Assembly: GCF_035084215.1 (NCBI RefSeq)
Contig: NW_027139217.1
Location: forward strand, 62,001-126,000
DNA: 64,000 bases
Reading direction: 5' to 3'
DNA from: Heptranchias perlo
Lineage: Eukaryota
Positions 49,260 through 61,100 of the stretch are shown one piece after another; position 1 is the first letter of the stretch, and the number at the start of each line of letters is the position of its first letter. The translations under genes and the position numbers were made by a program. The notes beneath the pieces are model-generated. The model saw only the letters and a program-made list of their open reading frames with translations. It had not been told where the DNA came from and searched no databases.

Positions 49260-49578
49260 GGCAGTCTGGTGATCTGGCAGTCTGGTGATCTGGCAGTCTG
49301 GTGATCTGGCAGTCTGGTGATCTGGCAGTCTGGTGATCTGCCGGTCTGGTGATCTGGTGTTCTGTTGATCTGGCAGTCTGGTGATCTGGCAGTCTGTTGA
49401 TCTGGCAGTCTGTTGATCTGGCAGTCCGGTGATCTGCCGGTCTGGTGATCTGGCGGTCTGGTGATCTGGCGGTCTGGTGATCTGGCGGTCTGGTGATCTG
49501 GCGGTCTGGTGATCTGGCAGTCTGGTGATCTTGTGGTCTGGTGATCTGGCAGTCTGGTGATCTGACAGTCCGGTGATC
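49260..49578. repeat. 16-bp minisatellite (CTGGCAGTCTGGTGAT)n
   Basis: Visible; lies where the integrase core would be expected. Confidence 0.95.
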
Positions 49579-51368
49579 CATTGATTCAGACCAAGGAAGT
49601 CATTTCACCGGGGAGGAGATGCAGCACGCTGGGGGTTAAAATGTACGTTGATGGAAAAGTGCGGCCTATGGAATGGGACAGATCGGCCAACAGGTTCTGG
49701 TCAAGACTTATGACCAGACCGGCCCATTCTCTGCGACCTATCAAGGCCCAGACCCATAGTGGACAAGGCCAGCCCATCGCTGTACAAGGTGATGATGGGC
49801 AAAAGGAAAAGTGGTTCCATGTTAACCAGCGAAAAGCATTTCCCAACCAGAATCCGCCCCCAGCAGGTTCAATAAATGAAATCCCATTGGACAATATCCC
49901 ACGGGGGGAACGACCCCGGTGTTGGGACGATGAGCCCTTCCCCCGAGCTCCATCGTCCTCACCAGAGAGAAGGGGCCGACAGCAATTGAGAGGGAGACGA
50001 CTATCTCTCCCTGCCCAGGATGTCATTAAAGGGGAAGCGATCCTGGGGACAACCCTTCTGAGGTTCCGAAGGGAAAGAGAGGGAGGATCAGGGATTAACA
50101 AAGAACAGCCATTACTGCCCGTGTTTTCTCTTTCTCCTGATGTGTAGACTGTTAAAGACCAAGTCTCCTGGGGTGGCTGTTCAACATGAAACTATCAACA
50201 CTTCTCAATATCTCCATCTGGGTCTACGGATACACAACGTCCTAAGTCAGACCACTTCTGCCCACTGGGACTCTCCACAACTGATACACCCCCCAAATGT
50301 TTGGAGATCATGAAGGGTGGAGATTGTTGATAACAATGGACAATATCCGTGGGTCAGGATCACATCGATGTTGTTATTGATAATTCAGATTGGACTGGTG
50401 ATTGTTGCACTCGGGATTTTTAAATCGACCTGACACAGACAGAGACAAATAGTCCCTGCTCGACAACAAGTGGAAATGGAACGGTGATATGGCTTCCACC
50501 AATGATCATCCTTTGTCTAATGTCCTGTTAGATACTGCACAAGTGTGAGTATCCGTTCGTTCAGACTGTACGAGCACTCGACAATCAGCGATGATCAGAT
50601 CACTCATTAAAAGTGGATCTGGATCAATCTGATCCACTCGAGGAGGGAGTGTCGAGATTGATGAATAAAAGGACTGAAGGGAAATGTTGACGGTCAGCGT
50701 GCTGGTGCATCATGGGATATTTGACCATGTTGTGCTCCACTGTGTTGAGCGAGAGACATTCTTTGTAAATTTAACAGTGACCTTGTCTTCGAGCGATCCT
50801 GTGGAAACTTAATGTGGGACAGAAACCGCCTACGAGGGAGAAGAGCTCAGACGTGTGTGGGGGAACCTCCAGAGATGGAGGGAGCTGATCACTCCTTGAT
50901 TCTGGGTGCAGTGCAGTCCGAACAAAGGTTCCGTGGATTTGGCCACTGAAAGATATTGTAAATTTAGTGACTGAGTTTTGTTAAACTCTGTAATCGAAAT
51001 TGGGATTGTGTATTGAGTATTTATTTTTGTTTTAATAAAGTGAACAAAAAGGGAAGTACTCTTTGTGTCTGACTAATTTTATCTAATTGTATCTCTAAGT
51101 TTATCTAAGTTGATCACTCTGCTCAGTAACTTGTTTAAGCCGAGCCTCACAGGGTTAATGGGAAACTCCGACACTGGGGATTGACTCTGGGCCCTGCCTG
51201 GTGTGTGACTCAGAGAGTTCACCCAGTCAGTAGCTGAGCCCAGGGACAATCCCCAGTCTGCAATCCCCCATCGGAGAACTCATCTCTTCCCCTTTCTGTT
51301 CCTCACTATCACCCGTCACTAATCACAAAACACACACTTACTGAGTTTTCCTCCACATTTATTTCCAG

Positions 51369-51403
51369 ATGTTAAACTTCTCACATTTGAGGCGTTGAAA
51401 TAA
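51369..51403 (+). CDS. Candidate MHC class I cytoplasmic-tail exon (D)VKLLTFEALK-stop
   Basis: Strong acceptor (TTTTCCTCCACATTTATTTCCAG), phase-1 compatible with exon 5; would lie ~0.3 kb from exon 5 if the 16-bp-flanked block is removed. The tail sequence itself is not recognised. Confidence 0.4.
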
Positions 51404-51419
51404 CGTGACTCTTAAAACA

Positions 51420-51910
51420 CACAAAGATACGAGAAATGACGGCCAGGAAAAGACACTCTGGTCCATCCAGCCTGACCCACAACTACCAAGCCTTGTGTAT
51501 CACAATATATCGACTCCCCACCCCACCCGAGACCACGTGATCTCCTGGGAGAGGCAGAAAAACAGATTAAAAACACAGGCAATTTGGGGAAATAAATCGG
51601 GGAAATTCCTCTCCGACCCCCTAAGGCGATGGGAACTCGTCCAGGAGATCACTCTGGCCCTGATACGGCCCTGCATTACAAGGCGATTGCTTTTCCACTC
51701 CTACTCTGCGGACACCATCTGAACACAGGGTCTCGGAGCCTGGTCTCCGACCATCTCCAGTCCAGCTCTGTCCCAGCAGACACTCCCTGAACATTCGGCA
51801 ATGATTGAAACCAGTCGGTGGATTGTCCAGAGTTCCCACTTCTGTCTCGTGACAGCTTGAACAAAAACTCTCCCAATCTTTCTTTTAAAGTGTTTACTGT
51901 AATATCCTTG
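51420..51910 (-). mobile_element. CR1-like 3' end fragment (different subfamily)
   Basis: Minus strand GEFKDITVNTLKERLGEFL-type ORF2 terminus and 3' UTR-like end GGCTGGATGGACCAGA...TTTCTCGTATCTT. Confidence 0.55.
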
Positions 51911-53070
51911 AATTCACCGGGATCTGATCCCATTCCATTAATTCACCGGGATCTGATCACGTTCCATTAATTCACCGGGATCTGATCCCGTTTCTTTAAT
52001 TCACCGGGATCTGATCCCATTCCATTAATTCACCTGGATCCTATCCCATTCCATTAATTCACCAGGATCTGATCCCATTCCATTAATTCACTGGGATCCG
52101 ATCCCATTCCTTCAATTCACCGGGATCTGATCCCATTCCTTTAATTCACTGGGATCTGATCCCATTCCATTAATTCACTGGGATCCGATCCGATTCCTTT
52201 AATTCACCGGGATCTGATCCCATTCCTTTAATTCACTGGGATCTGATCCCATTCCATTAATTCACCAGGATCTGATCCCATTCCATTAATTCACTGGGAT
52301 CCGATCCCATTCCTTCAATTCACCGGGATCTGATCCCATTCCTTTAATTCACTGGGATCTGATCCCATTCCATTAATTCACTGGGATCCGATCCGATTCC
52401 TTTAATTCACCGGGATCTGATCCCATTCCTTTAATTCACTGGGATCTGATCCCATTCCATTAATTCACCAGGATCTGATCCCGCTCCATTAACTCACCGG
52501 GATCTGATCCCATTCCTTTAATTAACCGGGATCTGATCCCATTCCTTTCATACACCGGGATCTGATCCCATTCCATTAATTCACTGGAATCTGATCCCAT
52601 TCCTTTAATTCACCGGGATCTGATCCCATTCCTTTAATTTACTGGGATCTGATCCCATTCCTTTAATTCACTGGGATCTGATCCCATTCCTTTAATTCAC
52701 CGGGATCTGATCCCATTCCTTTAATTCACTGGGATCTGATCCCATTCCATTAATTCACTGGGATCTGATCCCATTCCTTTAATTCACCGGGATCTGATCC
52801 CATTCCTTTAATTCACCGGGATCTGATCCCACTCCTTTAATTCACCGGGATCTGATCCCATTCCTTTAATTCACCGGGATCTGATCCCATTCCTTTAATT
52901 CACCGGGATCTGATCCCATTCCTTTAATTCACCGGGATCTGATCCCATTCCTTTAATTCACCGGGATCTGATCCCATTCCATTCATTCACCGGGATCTGA
53001 TCCCATTCCTTTAATTCACTGGGATCTGATCCCATTCCATTAATTCACCGGGATCTGATCCCGTTCCTTT
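51910..53070. repeat. 29-bp minisatellite with palindromic core GGGATC-T-GATCCC
   Basis: Unit AATTCACCGGGATCTGATCCCATTCCTTT, ~40 copies. Confidence 0.97.
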
Positions 53071-53339
53071 TGGCCGTGCTGTGCTCAGTGGATTGGAATT
53101 CAGTTACTGAGCCAGCAATGATTGGATGGAACATCAGCTCCTGACCATTGACGGGCCGAATGGGGCAGAATGTGAATCTAATCATCGGGATCTTTCCCAT
53201 TTGTTGGGAATCTCTTCAAGCGTGAACTCCTTTTTGAGACATTTTTTAGACCGCCTAAATTTGGAGGGCCGACCACATGTTTTTCCACAAACTCCCCGGC
53301 TCCCGTACAGTGTTCACTTTTAGCACAACCCAGAACTCA

Positions 53340-53497
53340 ATCAGGGTGGGTTACAGAGCAGGAGAGTGTGGGTCACCCACTGGTCAGGGTGGGTTACAGA
53401 GCAGGAGAGTGTGGGTCACCCACTGGTCAGGGTGGGTTCCAGAGCAGGAGAGTGTGGGTCACCCACTGGTCAGGGTGGGTTACAGAGCAGGAGAGTG
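53340..53497. repeat. 43-bp tandem repeat, ~3.6 copies, core GTGGGT-C-ACCCAC
   Basis: Period 43 (53341, 53384...). Confidence 0.9.
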
Positions 53498-53519
53498 CAG
53501 GTCATACTGTCTGTCTGGA

Positions 53520-55185
53520 GACACACTGAGACCCCACACCCAGTCTGAAAGTGGATAATGTCCTATTGGACCGTTCACACCTCGGGCCTGTTGAAATGCC
53601 AAGTGAACCCACCCTTGTCCACTGGTCCAGAAGCCCGTTGATCCTGAATGAGGCCTCCCGCCCATATGTCGAAGCATTATCTGAAGAGCCTGATGGCTGT
53701 AGCCCAACCCCTGGAGAACACTGTGCTCCCAGGACAACCAGCTCGAGTTCAGATGCTGTGACAAAGGAGACCTGTGGAAACATTACTGGTGGAGCGAGGC
53801 TCAACTGGAGAAATATCCCCACCAGTTGGTCCTTCTGGATGACGAAACTGACTGTGACTCTCACTCACTCTCAGTGTGGATGGGAGAAGACCCTGATCTC
53901 ACCTATCAGTTCACCCACTGGTAGATAGTTCCTCTGGTGGTCAAACCAAACCACATTGTGAAAACACAGAGACTCAAGCTGCTAATGCCGAGGATTCTCA
54001 CTACTCCTGGTCTCCTGGACCCAAGTGTCCAGAGTGATCCACGTCCACATGGAAGGACTGGAAATGGCCCACCATCCAGATCTGTGGTGGGCTATCAAGG
54101 CAGGAATCACTGCTTGGGGAGGTGGAGCTGGACAGGGTCTCGAAGGTTACTTGTTGTGATCTCCCTGTATTCCAGGTCCTAATCTGGAATGACGGGCTGG
54201 CCTGGAACAAAGGACATTGGGGTCCGGTTAAAGCCTTGAAAAGGCTGCTGTCCCTGAAGGGGTCTCTAGATGGGGGATGGGCTAAGCTACAAAGTGAGAC
54301 TGTGCCCCCTTGGGTGCCAATCCAGGAATGCCTGAAGGTTCTGCTGGAGATGCTTGTTGCCCTGCAGCAGCTCCTCCACTTGCTCACCACAGAAGCCCTC
54401 AGCATCGAACGGCAGCTGCAGTCGTTGCTGCTCCAGTTCCTGAAGGAACCCCAAGGTGCACAGACAAGCTAATTGGCGATACAAGATCCACTGGACGATG
54501 GACAGTGCTCCTACATCGAGGGCACACACACGGCCTGCTGCTGCAGTGATGCTCTCTGAAGGTGGTCCTCACTCTGTGGCAGGGATTCCTCCCTCAACTC
54601 ACCTGCGAGACATTAACCTGCTGATAATAAAGCCGGCCCCAGTGGATTTGGTTCAAGGAACACGGGAGATGCCCCAAACCCTGCAGGAAGGTCCACCAGA
54701 CCCACATGTCCCACCATTTGGATTGTGGTGGGTGGAACAGGACCAGTTTCCTGGGCGGTGACCTTCCTTCTGATGTTTTCAGGACTGAAGTTCACCAGGG
54801 GGATCAGTGAACTGCAAGGTGTGACGCAGGGTGGTGGAGGCACTATGGACACTGTCCACCTTGGCCATAACCGGAGGCTGCTTATCAAGTCTGCCCAAAC
54901 TGCCCTGGAGATTGGTGGGACGAATCCAGCAAAGGTCGGTGCCAGAGGCCTTTACAAGACCCCCAGTAAAGAATCAACCCCCCGGGTGCAGGGACTTGTG
55001 GAACTGAGAGTTTCAGACTCTGGGTCACCCTTGTGTTGAAGAGATGAAGAAGCCTCAGTGACTGGAGGTCGTGGTCTGAATCAGGCTCCCAACTGGGCTT
55101 CCGAAGGTGGGAAGCCTCCGGGCAGCTTCCTCGGGCTGAACCGACAGGGCGGCTACATCAGCACCGAGTTCATGAACACAAGGGC
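53520..55185 (+). mobile_element. Possible highly degenerate L1/Tx1-like LINE ORF2 3' part
   Basis: CPKPCRKVHQTHMSHHLDC (~54670) resembles the CCHC finger of L1/Tx1 ORF2; GARLNWRN resembles the late-RT GAKVNW motif. Weak. Confidence 0.35.
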
Positions 55186-58100
55186 TGATCGAGTTACACC
55201 CTGGAGACATGAGCCCTGTCACTCTGAGAGTACTGATCGAGTTAAACCCTGGAGACATGAGCCCTGTCACTCTGAGAGTACTGATCGAGTTACACCCTGG
55301 AGACATGAGCCCTGTCACTCTGAGAGTACTGATCGAGTTAAACCCTGGAGACATGAGCCCTGTCACTCTGAGAGTACTGATCGAGTTAAACTGTGGAGAC
55401 ATGAGCCCTGTCACTCTGAGAGTACTGATCGAGTTAAACCCTGGAGACATGAGCCCTGTCACTCTGAGAGTACTGAACGAGTTAAACCCTGGAGACATGA
55501 GCCCTGTCACTCTGAGAGTACTGATAGAGTTAAACCCTGGAGACATGAGCCCTGTCACTCTGAGAGTACTGATCGAGTTAAACCCTGGAGACATGAGCCC
55601 TGTCACTCTGAGAGTACTGATCGAGTTAAACCCTGGAGACATGAGCCCTGTCACTCTGGGAGTACTGATCGAGTTAAACCCTGGAGACATGAGCCCTGTC
55701 ACTCTGAGAGCACTGATCGAGTTACACCCTGGAGACATGAGCCCTGTCACTCTGAGAGTACTGATCGAGTTAAACCCTGGAGACATGAGCCCTGTCACTC
55801 TGAGAGTACTGATCGAGTTACACCCTGGAGACATGAGCCGTGTCACTCTGAGAGTACTGATCGAGTTAAACCCTGGAGACATGAGCACTGTCACTCTGAG
55901 AGTACTGATCGAGTTACACCCTGGAGACATGAGCCCTGTCACTCTGAGAGTACTGATCGAGTTAAACCCTGGAGACATGAGCCCTGTCACTCTGAGAGTA
56001 CTGATCGAGTTAAACCCTGGATACATGAGCCCTGTCACTCTGAGTACTGGTCGAATTAAACCGTGGAGACATGAGCCCTGTCACTCTGAGAGTACTGATC
56101 GAGTTACACTCTGGAGACATGAGCCCTGTCACTCTGAGAGCACTGATCGAGTTACACCCTGGAGACATGAGCCCTGTCACTCTGAGAGTACTGATCGAGT
56201 TACACCCTGGAGACATGAGCCCTGTCACTCTGAGTACTGATCGAGTTACACCCTAGTGACATGAGCCCTGTCACTCTGAGAGTACTGATCGAGTTAAACC
56301 CTGGAGACATGAGCCCTGTCACTCTGAGTACTGATCGAGTTAAACCCTGGAGACATGAGTCCTGTCACTCTGAGAGTACTGATCGAGTTAAACCCTGGAG
56401 ACATGAGCCCTGTCACTCTGGGAGTACTGATCGAGTTAAACCCTGGAGACATGAGCCCTGTCACTCTGAGAGTACTGATCGAGTTAAACCCTGGAGACAT
56501 GAGCCCTGTCACTCTGAGAGTACTGATCGAGTTAAACCCTGGAGACATGAGCCCTGTCACTCTGAGAGTACTGATCGAGTTAAACCCTGGAGACATGAGC
56601 CCTGTCACTCTGAGTACTGATCGAGTTAAACCCTGGAGACATGAGCCCTGTCACTCTGAGAGCACTGAACGAGTTACACCCTGGAGACATGAGCCCTGTC
56701 ACTCTGAGAGTACTGATCGAGTTTAACCCTGGAGACATGAGCCCTGTCACTCAGAGTACTGATCGAGTTACACCCTGGAGACATGAGCCGTGTCACTCTG
56801 AGAGTACTGATCGAGTTAAACCGTGGAGACATGAGCCGTGTCACTCTGAGAGTACTGATCGAGTTAAACCCTGGAGACATGAGCCCTGTCACTCTGAGAG
56901 TACTGATCGAGTTAAACCCTGGAGACATGAGCCCTGTCACTCTGAGTACTGATCGAGTTAAACCCTGGAGACATGAGCCCCGTCACTCTGAGAGTACTGA
57001 TCGAGTTAAACCCTGGAGACATGAGCCCTGTCACTCTGAGTACTGATCGAGTTAAACCCTGGAGACATGAGCCCTGTCACTCTGAGAGCACTGATCGAGT
57101 TACACCCTGGAGACATGAGCCCTGTCACTCTGAGAGTACTGATCGAGTTAAACCCTGGAGACATGAGCCCTGTCACTCTGAGAGTACTGATCGAGTTACA
57201 CCCTGGAGACATGAGCCGTGTCACTCTGAGAGTACTGATCGAGTTAAACCCTGGAGACATGAGCACTGTCACTCTGAGAGTACTGATCGAGTTACACCCT
57301 GGAGACATGAGCCCTGTCACTCTGAGAGTACTGATCGAGTTAAACCCTGGAGACATGAGCCCTGTCACTCTGAGAGTACTGATCGAGTTAAACCCTGGAT
57401 ACATGAGCCCTGTCACTCTGAGTACTGGTCGAATTAAACCGTGGAGACATGAGCCCTGTCACTCTGAGAGTACTGATCGAGTTACACTCTGGAGACATGA
57501 GCCCTGTCACTCTGAGAGCACTGATCGAGTTACACCCTGGAGACATGAGCCCTGTCACTCTGAGAGTACTGATCGAGTTACACCCTGGAGACATGAGCCC
57601 TGTCACTCTGAGTACTGATCGAGTTACACCCTAGTGACATGAGCCCTGTCACTCTGAGAGTACTGATCGAGTTAAACCCTGGAGACATGAGCCCTGTCAC
57701 TCTGAGTACTGATCGAGTTAAACCCTGGAGACATGAGTCCTGTCACTCTGAGAGTACTGATCGAGTTAAACCCTGGAGACATGAGCCCTGTCACTCTGGG
57801 AGTACTGATCGAGTTAAACCCTGGAGACATGAGCCCTGTCACTCTGAGAGTACTGATCGAGTTAAACCCTGGAGACATGAGCCCTGTCACTCTGAGAGTA
57901 CTGATCGAGTTAAACCCTGGAGACATGAGCCCTGTCACTCTGAGAGTACTGATCGAGTTAAACCCTGGAGACATGAGCCCTGTCACTCTGAGTACTGATC
58001 GAGTTAAACCCTGGAGACATGAGCCCTGTCACTCTGAGAGCACTGAACGAGTTACACCCTGGAGACATGAGCCCTGTCACTCTGAGAGTACTGATCGAGT

Positions 58101-61100
58101 TTAACCCTGGAGACATGAGCCCTGTCACTCAGAGTACTGATCGAGTTACACCCTGGAGACATGAGCCGTGTCACTCTGAGAGTACTGATCGAGTTAAACC
58201 GTGGAGACATGAGCCGTGTCACTCTGAGAGTACTGATCGAGTTAAACCCTGGAGACATGAGCCCTGTCACTCTGAGAGTACTGATCGAGTTAAACCCTGG
58301 AGACATGAGCCCTGTCACTCTGAGTACTGATCGAGTTAAACCCTGGAGACATGAGCCCCGTCACTCTGAGAGTACTGATCGAGTTAAACCCTGGAGACAT
58401 GAGCCCTGTCACTCTGAGTACTGATCGAGTTAAACCCTGGAGACATGAGCCCTGTCACTCTGAGAGTACTGATCGAGTTAAACCCTGGAGACATGAGCCC
58501 TGTCACTCTGAGTACAGATCGAGTTAAACCCTGGAGACATGAGCCCTGTCACTCTGAGAGTACTGATCGAGTTAAACCCTGGAGACATGAGCCCTGTCAC
58601 TCTGAGAGTACTGATCGAGTTAAACCGTGGAGACATGAGCCCTGTCACTCTGAGAGTACTGATCGAGTTACACCCTGGAGACATGAGCCCTGTCACTCTG
58701 AGTACTGATCGAGTAAAACCCTCGAGACATGAGCCCTGTCACTCTGAGAGTACTGATCGAGTTAAACCCTGGAGACATGAGCCGTGTCACTCTGAGAGTA
58801 CTGATCGAGTTAAACCCTGGAGACATGAGCCCTGTCACTCTGAGAGTACTGATCGAGTTAAACCCTGGAGACATGAGCCCTGTCACTCTGAGAGTACTGA
58901 TCGAGTTAAACCCTGGAGACATGAGCCCTGTCACTCTGGGAGTACTGATCGAGTTAAACCGTGGAGACATGAGCCCTGTCACTCTGAGAGTACTGATCGA
59001 GTTGAACCCTGGAGACATGAGCACTGTCACTCTGAGAGTACTGATCGAGTTACACCCTGGAGACATGAGCCCTGTCACACTGAGTACTGATCGAGTTAAA
59101 CCCTCGAGACATGAGCCCTGTCACTCTGAGAGTACTGATCGAGTTAAACCCTGGAGACATGAGCCCTGTCACACTGAGTACTGATCGAGTTAAACCCTCG
59201 AGACATGAGCCCTGTCACTCTGAGAGTACTGATCGAGTTAAACCCTGGAGACATGAGCCGTGTCACTCTGAGAGTACTGATCGAGTTAAACCCTGGAGAC
59301 ATGAGCCCTGTCACTCTGAGAGTACTGATCGAGTTAAACCCTGGAGACATGAGCCCTGTCACTCTGAGAGTACTGATCGAGTTAAACCCTGGAGACATGA
59401 GCCCTGTCACTCTGAGAGTACTGATCGAGTTAAACCCTGGAGACATGAGCCCTGTCACTCTGAGAGTACTGATCGAGTTACACCCTGGAGACATGAGCCC
59501 TGTCACTCTGAGAGTACTGATCGAGTTAAACCCTGGAGACATGAGCCCTGTCACTCTGAGAGTACTGATCGAGTTACACCCTAGTGACATGAGCCCTGTC
59601 ACTCTGAGAGTACTGATCGAGTTAAACCCTGGAGACATGAGCCCTGTCACTCTGAGTACTGATCGAGTTAAACCCTGGAGACATGAGCCCTGTCACTCTG
59701 AGAGTACTGAACGAGTTAAACCCTGGAGACATGAGCCCTGTCACTCTGAGAGCACTGAACGAGTTACACCCTGGAGACATGAGCCCTGTCACTCTGAGAG
59801 TACTGATCGAGTTAAACCCTGGAGACATGAGCCCTGTCACTCTGAGAGTACTGATCGAGTTAAACCCTGGAGACATGAGCCGTGTCACTCTGAGAGTACT
59901 GATCGAGTTAAACCCTGGAGACATGAGCTCTGTCACTCTGAGAGTACTGATCGAGTTACACCCTGGAGACATGAGCCCTGTCACTCTGAGAGTACTGATC
60001 GAGTTAAACCCTGGAGACATGAGCCCTGTCACTCTGAGAGTACTGATCGAGTTACACCCTAGTGACATGAGCCCTGTCACTCTGAGAGTACTGATCGAGT
60101 TACACCCTGGAGACATGAGCCCTGTCACTCTGAGAGTACTGATCGAGTTACACCCTGGAGACATGAGCCGTGTCACTCTGAGAGTACTGATCGAGTTAAA
60201 CCGTGGAGACATGAGCCCTGTCACTCAGAGTACTGATCGAGTTAAACCCTGGAGACATGAGCCCTGTCACTCTGAGTACTGATCGAGTTAAACCCTCGAG
60301 ACATGAGCCCTGTCACTCTGAGAGTACTGATTGAGTTAAACCCTGGAGACATGAGCCGTGTCACTCTGAGAGTACTGATCGAGTTAAACCCTGGAGACAT
60401 GAGCCCTGTCACTCTGAGAGTACTGATCGAGTTAAACCCTGGAGACATGAGCCCTGTCACTCTGAGTACTGATCGAGTTAAACCCTGGAGACATGAGCCC
60501 CGTCACTCTGAGAGTACTGATCGAGTTAAACCCTGGAGACATGAGCCCTGTCACTCTGAGAGTACTGATCGAGTTAAACCCTGGAGACATGAGCCCTGTC
60601 ACTCTGAGAGTACTGATCGAGTTAAACCCTCGAGACATGAGCCCTGTCACTCTGAGAGTACTGATCGAGTTAAACCTTGGAGACATGAGCCCTGTTACTC
60701 TGAGTACTGATCGAGTTAAACCCTGGAGACATGAGCCCTGTCACTCTGAGAGTACTGATCGAGTTAAACCCTGGAGACATGAGCCCTGTCACTCTGAGAG
60801 TACTGATCGAGTTAAACCCTGGAGACATGAGCCCTGTCACTCTGAGAGTACTGATCGAGTTAAACCCTGGAGACATGAGCCCTGTCACTCTGAGAGTACT
60901 GATCGAGTTACACCCTGGAGACATGAGCCCTGTCACTCTGAGAGTACTGATCGAGTTAAACCCTGGAGACATGAGCCCTGTCACTCTGAGAGTACTGATC
61001 GAGTTAAACCCTGGAGACATGAGCCCTGTCACTCTGAGAGTACTGATCGAGTTAAACCCTGGAGACATGAGCCCTGTCACTCTGAGAGTACTGATCGAGT

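Larger units (their letters stand above)
43685..51160 (+). mobile_element. Decayed LTR retroelement / endogenous retrovirus-like element (gag, connection domain + second RNase H, integrase ends, possible env remnant); LTR remnants ~43685-43990 and ~50685-51160
   Basis: Direct repeats 43691-43970 and 50881-51160 (~88% identical by manual count); zinc knuckle CSNCRETGHLARDC (~46320); RT thumb/connection FLGSGGYWRDW...WDWTPAC...LKAALHTAPVL; RNase H KVKAH...GNERAEQLVK; integrase ends; purine tract + TGT at 50685. Confidence 0.8.

Noticed and set aside
53113-53126. CAGCAATGATTGGA identical to the exon 1 start context
   Set aside because: Similarity stops after 14 nt, a stop follows within a few codons, and there is no leader or donor.
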